From the NCBI GenBank assembly GCA_963796685.1, contig CAWCMR010000025.1, positions 1,344,001 to 1,408,000 of the forward strand: a stretch of 64,000 nucleotides of DNA, given 5' to 3'. This DNA is from an uncultured delta proteobacterium (GTDB lineage Bacteria > Myxococcota_A > Polyangia > Fen-1088). Within the stretch, counting starts at the first letter, position 1. Every line of letters begins with the position of its first letter. The notes under the pieces are model-generated. The model did no database searches, was not told the DNA's origin, and worked only from the letters and a program-made list of their open reading frames with translations. Made by a program: the position numbers and the translations under genes. Shown one piece after another: positions 1-14,248 of the stretch.

Positions 1-657
1 GGTGACCAACGCACGTGGGGGCCGTTCCCGAGCGACAAGTATCCCGACTGGGAGATCCGCGTGGTCATGCAGCGGTCGACGGTTTCCTCGACGCTGCTGA
101 AGATGGACTACTGGGTAGAGCTACGACCGGTCGGCCAGGGCGATTCGGCCTGGGTCGATTTTCTGACCGGCACGTACACCTCTGGCGGTAGCGCACGCAC
201 GGGCACGGGCGACATCCAATTGCTTGCCAGCACGGCCCGCGCAGCGGGCTACCCCGTCGACGACGATGCCGGGCTCCGCGATCTCGACCACCTCGACGTC
301 ACCTACGACAACGTCGCCTATCCGACCAGTGTGATCATGGACATCGTGAATGTGGCAACAGCCACGACGCGAACCAGGCACTATGAGTACTATCAGAATC
401 AGGACGGGTCGGGCCGCATGCTCTTCAACTGGCAGGGCACGACCGACACCGGCGTGTCGATCACCGCGGCCATGACTTCGCAATGGCTGGGCTCGGGAGC
501 AGGCCGCGCCGATCTGACCGCCGCTCTCACGCCCAACCTTCCCAATCAGTCCACCACCCTCGGCACCGACTGCTGGGGCGTCGACACCGTGGCCACCTAT
601 TCCTATCGCTTGCAAGGCGACACGACGACCGGCTCGCCCGCATCCTGTTTGTTCTAG
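1..657 (+). CDS. Hypothetical protein, 5' end outside the window (Thr/Gly/Asp-rich, probably exported)
   Basis: Frame is open from base 1 (GDQRTWGPFP...) to TAG at 655-657, with GC3-rich codons. No family recognised. Confidence 0.6.
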   Translation, partial: GDQRTWGPFPSDKYPDWEIRVVMQRSTVSSTLLKMDYWVELRPVGQGDSAWVDFLTGTYTSGGSARTGTGDIQLLASTARAAGYPVDDDAGLRDLDHLDVTYDNVAYPTSVIMDIVNVATATTRTRHYEYYQNQDGSGRMLFNWQGTTDTGVSITAAMTSQWLGSGAGRADLTAALTPNLPNQSTTLGTDCWGVDTVATYSYRLQGDTTTGSPASCLF

Positions 658-1475
658 CGCGACTGACAATTGGCGCAGAAGAACGTCGAACGCCCGGAAT
701 CCACCCTGCGGCGCACGCGACCGGCGCAGACGGTGCACGCCTCGTCTTCCCGTCCATAAACGAGCAAGGCCTCGACGTTCTTTCCCGGCGCGCCTGTGGC
801 ATCCACGAAGTCGCGAAACGAGGTGCCGCAATTGGCGATGCCGATTTCCAGGGTTTCGCGAATGGCGCGCAGCAAGACCCCAGCCTTGTCGCGCAGTCGG
901 CGAGCTTGCGTGCGCGGATGGATGCGGGCTCGAAAGAGCGCTTCGCACACGTAGATGTTGCCGAGGCCGGCCAGGCGATGCTGGTCGAGGAGGAACGCCT
1001 TGATGGGCGCGCGTGAGGTCGCGAGCATGGCGTGAAGCTCGTCACCATCGAGCTCGGCGAGCGGATCCAGCCCGAGCGCCCGCATTTCCGGAAGGCGGTC
1101 GAGATCCGTCGCTGCTTGTACCCAGCCGAAACGGCGCGAATCCACGAAGCGCAATTCGCGGCGTTGCGGAAGCGTCCACACCACGTGCGTGTGCTTGGTC
1201 CGTTGCACGCGCTCTTCCGCGACGGTCAACCGTCCGGTCATCCCCAGGTGGACCAGCACCCCACTGTCCGAATCCAGGTCGATGAGGATGTACTTGCCCT
1301 TCCGGCGAACAGCGCGGATGGTCGCGCCGACGCTGGCTTTTCGCAGTCTGCTCTTGTCCAGCTCCCGCGCCATGCGCAGCGCTTGACCACTGGTCCACAG
1401 CGAGCGGATGGTTTGACCCACGATCTGCGGTCGCAAGGTACGAACCACGGTCTCGACTTCGGGAAGCTCAGGCAT
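654..1475 (-). CDS. mutM: Formamidopyrimidine-DNA glycosylase Fpg/MutM
   Basis: MPELPEVET N-terminus, HLGMTG, GLGNIY, C-terminal zinc finger CTVC...CANCQ. Confidence 0.96.
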   Translation of the reverse strand: MPELPEVETVVRTLRPQIVGQTIRSLWTSGQALRMARELDKSRLRKASVGATIRAVRRKGKYILIDLDSDSGVLVHLGMTGRLTVAEERVQRTKHTHVVWTLPQRRELRFVDSRRFGWVQAATDLDRLPEMRALGLDPLAELDGDELHAMLATSRAPIKAFLLDQHRLAGLGNIYVCEALFRARIHPRTQARRLRDKAGVLLRAIRETLEIGIANCGTSFRDFVDATGAPGKNVEALLVYGREDEACTVCAGRVRRRVDSGRSTFFCANCQSR

Positions 1476-2339
1476 GTTCCTCGGCCAAAGCATTCGCCAA
1501 ACGGGCGAAGTCCGCCACCGCAAGCTCCTCGGCCCGGCGCGTTCCAGCGATGCCGGCGGACGCAAGCGCTGCGGCTGCGCGGGCGCCACCGAAGCCCGGT
1601 TCGAGGGCGCGGCGAAGCATCTTGCGCCGGGCGCCGAACGCCTCGCGCACGAGGCGCGCGAAGAGGTCGGCGTCGTCGACAGCAGCCAGCGGCTGTGCGC
1701 GTGGCCGCAGGCGTAGCACCGTCGAGGTCACCGCCGGCGGTGGCAGGAACGCACCCGCCCCCACGTGGAACAGGATCTCCGCGTCCGCCGCCTGCTGGAC
1801 CATCACCGAGAGCCGGCCATAGGTGCGGCTGCCCGGCGGCGCCAGCATTCGCTGTGCGAATTCCTTTTGCACCATGAAGATGGCGCGATCCACCACCCGG
1901 CCCGCGGCGGCGGCCTCGATGGTCGCGAAGAGGACCGGCGAGGTGACGACGTAAGGCAAGTTGCCCACCACGACCAGCGGGCGACCCGCCTTGCGCGCGA
2001 CTTCGCCCAGATCGAGCTCCAACGCATCCCCGAGCACGATCTCGAGGTTGGGTCGGTCCGCCAGCTCGCCACGCAGCACTTCCACGAGGCGGGCGTCGCG
2101 GTCGATGGCGATGACCTTGCTCGCGACGTCGGCGAGGCGGGCGGTGAGCGCCCCCAGCCCGGCACCGATCTCGAGCACCACGTCCGCGGTCTGGAGCTGG
2201 GCCGCGGCCACGATGCGCTCCTGCACGCGTGGGTCGACGAGGAAATTCTGCCCCAGGGACTTCTTGGGCAAAAGGCCGTGGCGCCCGAGCAGCTCGCGCG
2301 CCGTGGCCAGCGGAGAGCGCGCCGCTTTCGAGGCGTCGC

Positions 2340-2343
<4 letters not shown>
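1468..2343 (-). CDS. rsmA: 16S rRNA m6,2A dimethyltransferase RsmA/KsgA
   Basis: KKSLGQNFL, VLEIGAGLGALT, GNLPY, MVQKE, RRKMLR. Confidence 0.95.
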
Positions 2344-3353
<1,010 letters not shown>

Positions 3354-3377
3354 GCGCGGAGCACCGTCGTAGCGCGG

Positions 3378-6152
3378 CTAGAGATTGCTCAAGATGGAGC
3401 GTAACTCGCGGGCAAAGGGGCCCTCGGGTGCCAAGTCGAGATACTTCTGGTAAGCGGCGCGCGCTTCGTCGAGCCGCCCGGCTTCCTGCTCGACGGTGCC
3501 GAGGTAGACGTAGGCGTCGAGGCGCTGCGGGTCGGTGGCCAAAGCCTTCTTGGCCAACGACCGCGCCTCCGTGAGATGGCCACGATCGATCTCCGCGCGG
3601 GCGAGGATCACCATGAGCTGCACATCCTTGGGGTCGGCTTCCAAGGCCGGCCGACAGGCTATCGAGACCGCTCTGGCCTTGCCCTTGCCCTCGGCGTCGA
3701 CCTCCAAACACTTCCGCCGCAAGTCCGCCGCCGCGGGTGACGGGCTGGCAAGCCCAAGCCGAGTCGGGGCCCCGGCCGACTTGGACGCGGCGGGCGAGCT
3801 CGACGCCGCCGAGGGCACTGCGGGCAACTTGTCCGCCACCTTCGGACGCTCCTCTGGCGCGGGTGCCGCTTGGCGTACGCGTGCCTGCTCGGAGGAAGAT
3901 GGGACCACGGCCGATGGCATTTCGGGAGACGACGAGTCTTTTCTTCCCAGCGCCAGATACCCGATCACGCCAAGGGCAAAGGCGCCGCCGGCCATGAGCC
4001 AGATCTGCTGTGACGGAATCGTCTTGCGTGCGGTCCTGCCGCCGGCCTCGGCTTTCGCCTGAAGCCTTGGGCGCGACGGCGCGGGAACCGCCTCGGCCGT
4101 CGCGGACGTGGGAGCCTCGGGATGCTCTTGACCAGGCGAAGCCTGGCGGTCGGCGCCGTCCTCTGCAGGCGAGTTGGGTGGATGGGGCGCAAAAAGGGCC
4201 GGCAGCTCCTCTACGGGGGGCGCCTCCGTGTCTGGCGCCCGGACTTCCTCGGGGGGCGCCAGCTCGAGCGACGGTGGGCGTGGCTGGGCTGCTTCTGTCA
4301 CCGAGCTCGGCGCGCCAGCGATCTGGCGGAGGTTGTCGGTCGCTTCTTCGTTTCGTCTCGGCTCGGTGGCGAGACCGGTGGGCCATGCACCCCAGTCGAC
4401 ATCCTTCGTCGGTCGTCCCGGCTCGTTCGGCACAGGGCTTTCGCGTTTGATGTCGTGGGCCGAGGAGATCACCTCCTGCACCAAAGCCGCGGCGGCTTCG
4501 GCGGCCGGATCGCCATACTCGCGCGTGTTGCGATCGGTTGACTGCGGGCCCTCGACCTTGCCGCCACCGCCGCCGATGGCTTCGTGCATGGCCGAGGCGC
4601 GCACCGCGGAGTCTTCACTGAGTAGACGTTCCGCGAGACCGAGGGGTTTGGTCGATCGGGCCTCCATAGGGTTGCGGACGACGTTGGAGTCCGGCTTTGG
4701 GGGACTCTGGATGGCAAGAGGGGGGACGTCCTTCTTTGGTTCTTGCTTTGGTTCTTGGTCACCACCAAACAAGGTGTCGACGGGAACGCCCTTGAGGGTG
4801 TCGGATGGTGGAGCGAATTCGCTGGCGCCTCCACTGGTCGGGTCAGCTCGGGGCGGGAGCACCGCCCCAAGGGATTCTTCCGCGGAGAGTATCGGCGTGG
4901 GCACCGTCGGCGAGACGTTTGGCGGAGCAGCCAGGGAGAGGTCGAAGTCCGCGTCTGGAGCCGGGACGACGGCCGGCACGGCAGCCACGAATTCCAGTGT
5001 CACCCGCGCGGCGGCGCCAGCGGGCACAGGAGTCCTCTCGGGAACGACCTCACCGTCGGGTGCAAGGTTCTGAGCCGCGGCGAATTCGGAGGAGGCGCTG
5101 GCGTCTTCGGCGGCCGCGCCGTCTTCGGCCCCGCCCTCCGACAGCCAATGCGCCAGGCGTTCGCCAGGCTCGGACTCCCCGCCGCGGTCGGGAGCCTGGC
5201 GGGCAAAGATGATCTGGTTGGTAAACAGTTTGTCGATGAAGGTGAGCGCCTCGAGGTCGGGATGGTCGCTGTCCTCGACGACTTCTTGCAAGGTTCGTGT
5301 GCCGTCGCACAGACGCAGGACGGAGTTCACCTCGTCGGGCAATTCGGCCAGCTCTTCGGCGAGAGCGCGGCAGTCGACCTCTAGCACGCTGCTCGTGGAG
5401 GGAAGCGTGTCGAGCAGGCGCGTGCTTTCATCGAGCCGACGCATGCCTTCCATCAACAGCGGCGCCATGGGTGTGTCGATGACGTCGTGGCGGCGGATTT
5501 GTTTGAACTCGACGGCGAATTGGCCCTCGGACCACGAAAAGAGACGATAGATGGCGTTCGCACCGGAAAGGCGGCCGACCTCGGCATCGATGACCTTGCC
5601 TTCACGGAAGAAGATGGAGCCGCGACGGGTGTCGCGGTTGACGATGTGGATGATGCCGGACTTGCGATTGAGCTCGATGGTCTGTACGAGATCCACGACG
5701 CCGACGTCGGAAAGGTCGCCGGCGAAGCGGGTGCGACCTTCGCGGCGTGATTCCATGCGCTCGCGTTCGGCTCGCTGCAAGGCCGTGCGAACGCGGATGC
5801 CGATTTCCTTGATGTAGATGGGCTTGGTCAGGTAGTCGTCGACGCCAAGCTCCAGGCCGCGGATCTTGTCCTCAATGGATTTGCGACCCGAGACGAAGAG
5901 GAAGGGAATCTTTGCCCATTCTGAGCGGGCCTTGATTTGGCTGCACAGCTCGAAGCCGTCCATCTCGTCGAGATCCGTGTCGGAGATGATCAGATCCGGC
6001 AGGCCTGATTCGAGCAAACCAAGCGCTTCGCGGCCGCTTGTGGCGGTCGTGACATCGAATCCGGCTTTCTTGAGGCTGACGTCCAGAACGCGAAGACTCT
6101 TGGGATCTCCGTCGACGAGAAGAAGCCGATTCTTTGACTGGGCTGTGTCCAT
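3378..6152 (-). CDS. Membrane-anchored response regulator: receiver + DUF4388-like domain + Pro/Ala/Glu linker + TM + TPR
   Basis: LLLVDGD...PDLIISD...DDYLTKP receiver; FAGDLSDVGVVDLVQ...KSGIIHI; one TM (IWLMAGGAFALGVIGYLAL); TPR helices at the C-terminus. Start uncertain (6152/6182/6230). Confidence 0.8.
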   Translation of the reverse strand: MDTAQSKNRLLLVDGDPKSLRVLDVSLKKAGFDVTTATSGREALGLLESGLPDLIISDTDLDEMDGFELCSQIKARSEWAKIPFLFVSGRKSIEDKIRGLELGVDDYLTKPIYIKEIGIRVRTALQRAERERMESRREGRTRFAGDLSDVGVVDLVQTIELNRKSGIIHIVNRDTRRGSIFFREGKVIDAEVGRLSGANAIYRLFSWSEGQFAVEFKQIRRHDVIDTPMAPLLMEGMRRLDESTRLLDTLPSTSSVLEVDCRALAEELAELPDEVNSVLRLCDGTRTLQEVVEDSDHPDLEALTFIDKLFTNQIIFARQAPDRGGESEPGERLAHWLSEGGAEDGAAAEDASASSEFAAAQNLAPDGEVVPERTPVPAGAAARVTLEFVAAVPAVVPAPDADFDLSLAAPPNVSPTVPTPILSAEESLGAVLPPRADPTSGGASEFAPPSDTLKGVPVDTLFGGDQEPKQEPKKDVPPLAIQSPPKPDSNVVRNPMEARSTKPLGLAERLLSEDSAVRASAMHEAIGGGGGKVEGPQSTDRNTREYGDPAAEAAAALVQEVISSAHDIKRESPVPNEPGRPTKDVDWGAWPTGLATEPRRNEEATDNLRQIAGAPSSVTEAAQPRPPSLELAPPEEVRAPDTEAPPVEELPALFAPHPPNSPAEDGADRQASPGQEHPEAPTSATAEAVPAPSRPRLQAKAEAGGRTARKTIPSQQIWLMAGGAFALGVIGYLALGRKDSSSPEMPSAVVPSSSEQARVRQAAPAPEERPKVADKLPAVPSAASSSPAASKSAGAPTRLGLASPSPAAADLRRKCLEVDAEGKGKARAVSIACRPALEADPKDVQLMVILARAEIDRGHLTEARSLAKKALATDPQRLDAYVYLGTVEQEAGRLDEARAAYQKYLDLAPEGPFARELRSILSNL

Positions 6153-6381
6153 CCCGAGGCGAGGAGAGATTGTATCCTTCATTGGCCTGCACAGCCACGC
6201 GTCGGTGGCTTTGCTTTCAAGTTGGGGCACGGATAACGCTGGGCGAGATGCGTGGAAATGCGGCGCGGCTATTCGTAAGGCGCCTTGGGTCGCTCCGATT
6301 TCGGTCGGATTTTGGCTGAGCAGCTTTGTTGCACGACCTTCTGCGGCTATCGCGGGACTGCAGAGGTATAGTGCTTGTCGA

Positions 6382-6993
6382 ATGTCGCTGGAAGCTGCAG
6401 GTATCTTGTCATTGGCCCGGGACTGGTCTCAGTCTCTGGATGCGGGGGTCGCCGAGCGGGTTGTTGTTTACGTAGGCCGACTTCTCGAGTGGAACCAACG
6501 TGTCAACTTGACCGGGGCTCAAACCTTCGCCGATCTGCTACGGGAACACTTGCCCGATAGTTTTGCGATTTCCCGATTGGTTCCTGAGGGATCCACGGTC
6601 ATCGATGTTGGCGCCGGGGGAGGGTTGCCCGGGATCCCCTTTGCGCTGCTGCGACCCGATTGCCGTATCACTTTACTTGAGCCCAGGGCCAAACGCGTTG
6701 CGTTCTTGAATACCGCTGTCAGGGACTGTGCTTGCAGGAATGTGCTCGTCGTTCGTGCCCGACTCGAGGAGGTAGAGTCTCCGCTCTTCGATGTTGCCGT
6801 TTCGCGAGCCACCTTTTCTCCTGAGGAGTGGCTGAGGCTTGCCCAAGGTTTGTTGCGTCCATTAGGGCGCGCGCTTGTTCTTGCAACCAACCCTGTGCAA
6901 CCAGGGGCTGAGAGTGCACGACTCATGGATTCGCTTGCGTATTCGACCGACGGGGGGGCAACGCGCTGGGCCGGATGTTACTGTTTCACGTGA
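6382..6993 (+). CDS. rsmG: 16S rRNA m7G527 methyltransferase RsmG/GidB
   Basis: WNQRVNLT, HLPDS, IDVGAGGGLPGIP, LLEPRAKRVAFL, AVSRA. Confidence 0.92.
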   Translation: MSLEAAGILSLARDWSQSLDAGVAERVVVYVGRLLEWNQRVNLTGAQTFADLLREHLPDSFAISRLVPEGSTVIDVGAGGGLPGIPFALLRPDCRITLLEPRAKRVAFLNTAVRDCACRNVLVVRARLEEVESPLFDVAVSRATFSPEEWLRLAQGLLRPLGRALVLATNPVQPGAESARLMDSLAYSTDGGATRWAGCYCFT

Positions 6994-6997
6994 AACA
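6982..6997. promoter_or_regulatory. parS centromere-like site
   Basis: Perfect palindrome TGTTTCACGTGAAACA matching the bacterial parS consensus; overlaps the rsmG stop codon. Confidence 0.93.
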
Positions 6998-7043
6998 TCG
7001 CTGCGGCCATCGCGGGACTCGGGATCTTCAAGCAGATTGACAG

Positions 7044-8998
7044 GTGGCCACCCTCCACCCAAATTGCTACCCGGTGCTACCGTCACTCGCTCAGCAGCTT
7101 GCCTCCGACCTCGAGGCGCTCCAATCAAAGGGACGTCTCAGAACCTGTCCGCGCTTGGCCGGAAACTCGAGGGTTCATGTCGACCTGGACGGTCACTCCC
7201 TCGTCTCCTTCTGTTCCAACGACTACCTCGGACTTGCCTGCGATCCTCGCTTGCGTATGGCAGCGGCAGATGCGGCTGCCATCCGAGGGTTCGGGGCCAG
7301 CGCCTCCCGCCTTGTCTCCGGCAACTTCCCTGAACATCTCGCCTTGGAGAACGAGCTCTCCTCCTTTCTATCCGTCCCGGCCACGCTCCTATTTCCCACC
7401 GGATATCAGGCCAACCTCGCGGTTCTCACCGCCCTGGCTGGACCCGACAATCTCCATCGTGGCCGACCGCGCTGTTCACGCCAGCCTCCTGGATGGCTGT
7501 CGGCTCTCTCGAGCCAAACTTGCGGTCTATCCCCACCTCGATGTCGAAGTCGCTGACCACCATCTTGCTCGCCTGGGTCCGGATAGGCGCCGACGCTTCT
7601 TGGTCACCGAGTCCCTCTTCAGCATGGACGGAGACGTCGCTCCTCTCGAGGCCCTTGCCGCCATCGCCAAAGCCCACGACGCCGCCCTAATCGTCGACGA
7701 GGCCCACGCCTTCGGCTGCCTTGGACCCTCCGGGCGAGGACTCTGCTCTCACCTCGGAGTTCGCCCAGACGTTCTCACCGCCACCCTCGGCAAGGCCATG
7801 GGAACCGGCGGAGCTTTCGTAGCGGGCACCGAAGGGCTTCGGGCCTACCTCTTGAACCATGCGCGTGGCTTCCTATTCACCACTGCCCCACCCATTCCGG
7901 TCGCCGCAGCTGCACGCACCGCCCTCCAAATAGCTGCCTCCCCAGAAGGCGACTCCCTTCGCGACCACCTTCGTGCTCTCGGGTCTCACCTTCGCGTGCT
8001 TCTTGGCCTTTCCCCCGATCCCTTCACGACGCCCATCATTCCCATCACCCTCGGAGCCGACCAGGACGCGGTCGCCGCATCCACCCACCTCAAAGGTCTC
8101 GGCTTTTTCGTTCAGGCGATCCGCCCTCCAACCGTTCCAGAAGGAAGCTCCAGGCTGCGCATTACCCTCTCCGCTCACCACACCGAGCAGCACATCGCAG
8201 GGCTCACACAAGCCATCCTCACCCTCCCCCAAGCATCTACACCCATCCCAACCCATCCCCCATCCGTCTCCTTCACCCACCCCGCTCCGTCGCCCCATGC
8301 CTTCCGCCCAACCGGCATCTTCATCCTCGGAACCGACACTTCGGTAGGAAAGACATCGGTAGCCGTCGCTCTCTTGCACATCCTTGCTACTCAGGGCGCC
8401 AACCCGGTTCCCTTCAAGCCAGTCGAGACAGGAGCCCGTCCTGTCCCTTCCGACGCCACCAGGTTGCTCCACGCATCGATGCGACAGGACATACCCCTCG
8501 ATGTCGTCTGTCCACTAGCCTTCCCGGATCCGGTCGCTCCAGCAGCCGCCTCCGACAGCCCGCCCATAACGCTTCCAGCGCTCTTGGCCTTTGCTCGCCA
8601 CGCAGCCTCTCTTGGCGGCCCACTCATCGTAGAGTCCGCTGGCGGACTGCTCTCTCCCTACGCCAAGGGACTGACCTCAGCCGATTCTCGCGGCCGCCCT
8701 AGGATTTCCAGTCCTCCTCGTGGCGCGCAACGCGCTCGGCACCATCAACCACACTTCCCTCGCAGTCGCCGAGCTCCGCCGACGCCGCATCCCCTGCCTT
8801 GGCACCGTCCTCGTCACCACCACCCAACATCCGACTGCAGATCAGCACTCCAACGCCGCTCTCATTTCTGCCGCCACCGGCCAGGCAACCCTCGGCACTC
8901 TCCCCTTCCTTGGCACCCTCTCACCTCTCAATCTGGCCGCTGCCCTCGCCGCGAACGTCAATCTCGACGCAATCTTGAAGCACCTCGGCATTACCTAG
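7044..8998 (+). CDS. bioF: BioF (8-amino-7-oxononanoate synthase)-BioD (dethiobiotin synthetase) fusion, with apparent +1 frameshifts at ~7455 and ~8686
   Basis: BioF: FCSNDYLGL, GASASRLVSG, HASLLDG, TESLFSMDGD, VDEAHA, TLGKA, AIRPPTVP. BioD follows in frame after a P/H/T linker: GTDTSVGKT, FKPVETG, VESAGG, then LGTINHT in the next frame. Confidence 0.8.
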
Positions 8999-9479
8999 CT
9001 TCGAGCTCGCTCCCCTTGGGGAATATCACCACGCGACGAGCGGCCCCCTCTCCCTCGGACTCCGTCCTCACCCCTGGGTGCTCGGCAAGTGTCTTGTGCA
9101 CGACCTTTCGGTCCTGCGGGCTCATCGGCTCGACCGGAACCGGGCGACCTGACCGCACCACCTTCTCAGCCAGCCGCCTGGCCAAGTCAGCCAGCGAATC
9201 TTCTCTACGCCCGCGATATCCCTCAGCATCCACAACGATGGGAGAGGATTCCCCGGGCTTCCGAAACACGATTCGGCTCACCAAATACTGCAACGAGTCC
9301 AGCGTGGCGCCCTTCTTCCCAATCACCAAGCCGGATTCGCACCCGTGTGCGTCAAGGATGATCTTCTCGCCATCGTCGAAAGCGCTCACCTCCGCGTCGA
9401 CGCTCATCTTGTCGAGAATCTCTCGCAAGACCTTCGCCGCCTCTTCTCGCTTTTCGGACAGTGTACTTTGCTCGCTCAT
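8991..9479 (-). CDS. jag: Jag/KhpB (EloR) RNA-binding protein, KH + R3H domains, no Jag_N domain
   Basis: VIGKKGATLDSLQYL, DAEGYR, PMSPQDRKVVH, TESEGEG..RRVVI. Confidence 0.9.
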   Translation of the reverse strand: MSEQSTLSEKREEAAKVLREILDKMSVDAEVSAFDDGEKIILDAHGCESGLVIGKKGATLDSLQYLVSRIVFRKPGESSPIVVDAEGYRGRREDSLADLARRLAEKVVRSGRPVPVEPMSPQDRKVVHKTLAEHPGVRTESEGEGAARRVVIFPKGSELEAR

Positions 9480-9940
9480 CTTCTCTCCCTGCCCAACTAT
9501 ATAGTGAAGCTAGCGATCGGCACTGGAAGGGCCGGAGGAACCCCGCTCCGTTCCCTCGCGTACCCCGAACTACCAGCCTCGAACGGCCAGCCTCTTCCAT
9601 CAACCGCTATGCGACCTCTCTCTCCACCCAAATCTCCCTTCCCTACCCCGATGGCCGACGTTCTACCATCAAACTCCACTTTGCCCCGCCCATCGGACTC
9701 TGCCCCTGACTTACCCTTGGCAGATCCCTCCTTTCCGACCCCTTGCGAAGCCGCACCACGTCTTCTCTTTTCGCTCTTCGCCGCTTTAGCCCGCATAGCC
9801 ACGTAGGAGAAAACCCTACCTTTCCGTGCCCAACTTTGTCAATATCAACACAGTCCACCCTGTGAATTCCCAAGTACAATCAACTGCAATACGACCACAA
9901 AAAAGGGCACCACCTTACCCTCTCTCTTCGCGAATACCCA

Positions 9941-9969
9941 TTGACTTAAGCCAAACCGCAGGGTAGAGT
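9941..9969 (+). promoter_or_regulatory. sigma70-type promoter of cdnL
   Basis: TTGACT-N17-TAGAGT, 55 bp upstream of the ATG. Confidence 0.65.
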
Positions 9970-10024
9970 ACGCGCGCCTCGGTTACTGAGGTTTTTTCAA
10001 CAGGACTGATAGGAGAGCACCTAG

Positions 10025-10516
10025 ATGGAGCCCACTTTCCGCGTTGGTGATTTGGCGGTTTACCCGGCGCACGGCGTGGCCCAGATCACCGGCATCGAGA
10101 CCCGAGAAATCTCGTCAAGCAAACAGACATTCTACATCCTCAAGATCTTGGATAACGGGATGAAGATCATGATCCCCACCAAGAATGCCGGGGCGGTAGG
10201 CCTGCGCGAGCTCATCCGCGCGGACGAGGTCGACGAGGTCTTCGAGATTCTCAAGAGTCGCGAGATCTCCGTGGAAGGCCAGACGTGGAATCGGCGCTAC
10301 CGCGAGTACATGGAGAAGATCAAGACCGGCTCTGTCTTCGAGATCGCCGAGGTCCTTCGCGATCTTCAGCGACTCAAGGGCGACAAGGAGCTTTCCTTCG
10401 GCGAGCGCAAGATGCTCGACACTGCCCGCACCTTACTGGTCAAGGAGATTGCGGTCGCCACGAAATCCAACGAAGGCAAGATCGAAGAGAGGCTCAACCG
10501 CATCTTCGCCTGCTGA
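10025..10516 (+). CDS. cdnL: CarD/CdnL family RNA polymerase-binding protein
   Basis: FRVGDLAVYPAHGVA, MIP, QTWNRRYR, LSFGERKML; 163 aa without the CarD AT-hook tail. Confidence 0.92.
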   Translation: MEPTFRVGDLAVYPAHGVAQITGIETREISSSKQTFYILKILDNGMKIMIPTKNAGAVGLRELIRADEVDEVFEILKSREISVEGQTWNRRYREYMEKIKTGSVFEIAEVLRDLQRLKGDKELSFGERKMLDTARTLLVKEIAVATKSNEGKIEERLNRIFAC

Positions 10517-10530
10517 CCTTCGCGTGACTC

Positions 10531-10562
10531 AAGGCCCCTCGGCGAAAGCCTTGGGGCCTTTT
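10531..10562 (+). terminator. Intrinsic terminator between convergent cdnL and gyrB
   Basis: AAGGCCCC-tc-GGC-gaaa-GCC-tt-GGGGCCTT followed by TT. Confidence 0.7.
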
Positions 10563-10623
10563 CCATTTCCGCACGGCTCTCCCACCCCGGCTCTCGCACC
10601 GGCGATCCGGCAAACTCGCGCAG

Positions 10624-13089
<2,466 letters not shown>

Positions 13090-13150
13090 CTAGGACTTTC
13101 AGTTAGATAGCATCAATAACCCGGGGAGTAAAGCAAAACTGCCCGACCCC

Positions 13151-14248
13151 CTAGGCGGGTTCGATATGCCCACCCGAAACCCGCCAGTCCGATCGCTCGG
13201 GCAGCTCAGGCAAGTGCTCCCGCTCCGTCACCGTGATGAGAGTCTGACATGCCATGGCCGAAATGGTCTCGAAAAGACGCGTCCGTCGTTCCTCGTCGAG
13301 CTCGCTGGCCACGTCGTCGAGCAAGAGCACCGGCGTTTCGCCATTTTGCGCCTCTGCGTACCGCAACTCCCCAATCTTGAACGCCAGCACCAGCGACCGA
13401 ATCTGGCCCTGCGAGCCGTGCTCGCGTGCCGGACGCTCCCCGAGCAGCATCTCCATGTCGTCGGTTTGGGGACCGAATCCCGTGAAACCTCGCCTGAGGT
13501 CGTTTCCACGCTCCCCCTCGAGTCCCGAGCGCAGGGCTTGCTCGATTTCAGCTTCGCTTTGCGCTGCCTCGACCTGGTCGTGGCTGCGATAGCGAATCTT
13601 GGCCGGCAGCTCCCCGTGGATCTGCGCAAAGACGCTGGTCACGACGGGCGCGAGCTCCCCCACCAGACTTCGCCGCCGCACCACGATGCGCGCTCCCGTG
13701 CGAGCCAGGGTCTCGTCATAGCTCTCGAGCAGTTCCCGCGAAAACCCTCCTCGGCGAAGCAATCCGTTTCTGGCCTTCAGGGCGCGCTCGAAGTCGAGAG
13801 CCTCGCGAAAATAGGTACGCTGGACCGCGAACACGGCCCGGTCGACGGCACGGCGTCGCTCGGCCGCTGGCGCCTTGGGCAGGCGCAAGTCCTCGGGACC
13901 GAAAATCACGACCCCGGCACCCTGCAGCGATTCCGAATCGCGACGCACCGTCTTTCCATCCAACGTCGTTCGCTTCTTCCCGACCGCGAGCTCCACGCGC
14001 AACGTGCGCTCCAATCCATGCAAGGTGATTCCGGCTTCGATCTCCGATCGCTCCCCGCCCCAAGCAATCACATCGCCCATGCTGCTGGTACGGAAGGAGC
14101 GAAACGTAATCGCATAGTATGCAGCCTCGAGAAAGTTGCTCTTCCCCTGACCGTTCTTCCCGAAGAGAACGGTTACCCGCCGGGCGAGGGCAATCCCCTC
14201 CGCCGCAAGGTTTCTCCAGCCCCTGACCCGTATGTCCCTAAGGAGCAA
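13151..14248 (-). CDS. recF: DNA replication/repair protein RecF
   Basis: GKNGQGKSNFLEA, GSQGQ, LLLDDVASELD; position between dnaN and gyrB. Confidence 0.95.
   Translation of the reverse strand: MLLRDIRVRGWRNLAAEGIALARRVTVLFGKNGQGKSNFLEAAYYAITFRSFRTSSMGDVIAWGGERSEIEAGITLHGLERTLRVELAVGKKRTTLDGKTVRRDSESLQGAGVVIFGPEDLRLPKAPAAERRRAVDRAVFAVQRTYFREALDFERALKARNGLLRRGGFSRELLESYDETLARTGARIVVRRRSLVGELAPVVTSVFAQIHGELPAKIRYRSHDQVEAAQSEAEIEQALRSGLEGERGNDLRRGFTGFGPQTDDMEMLLGERPAREHGSQGQIRSLVLAFKIGELRYAEAQNGETPVLLLDDVASELDEERRTRLFETISAMACQTLITVTEREHLPELPERSDWRVSGGHIEPA

Noticed and set aside
7450-7460. Programmed ribosomal frameshifting at the broken genes
   Set aside because: No shared slippery sequence or stimulatory structure, and the affected genes are unrelated.
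9497-9879. Small ORFs upstream of jag
   Set aside because: Low-complexity translations of the skewed spacer with no motif or codon support.
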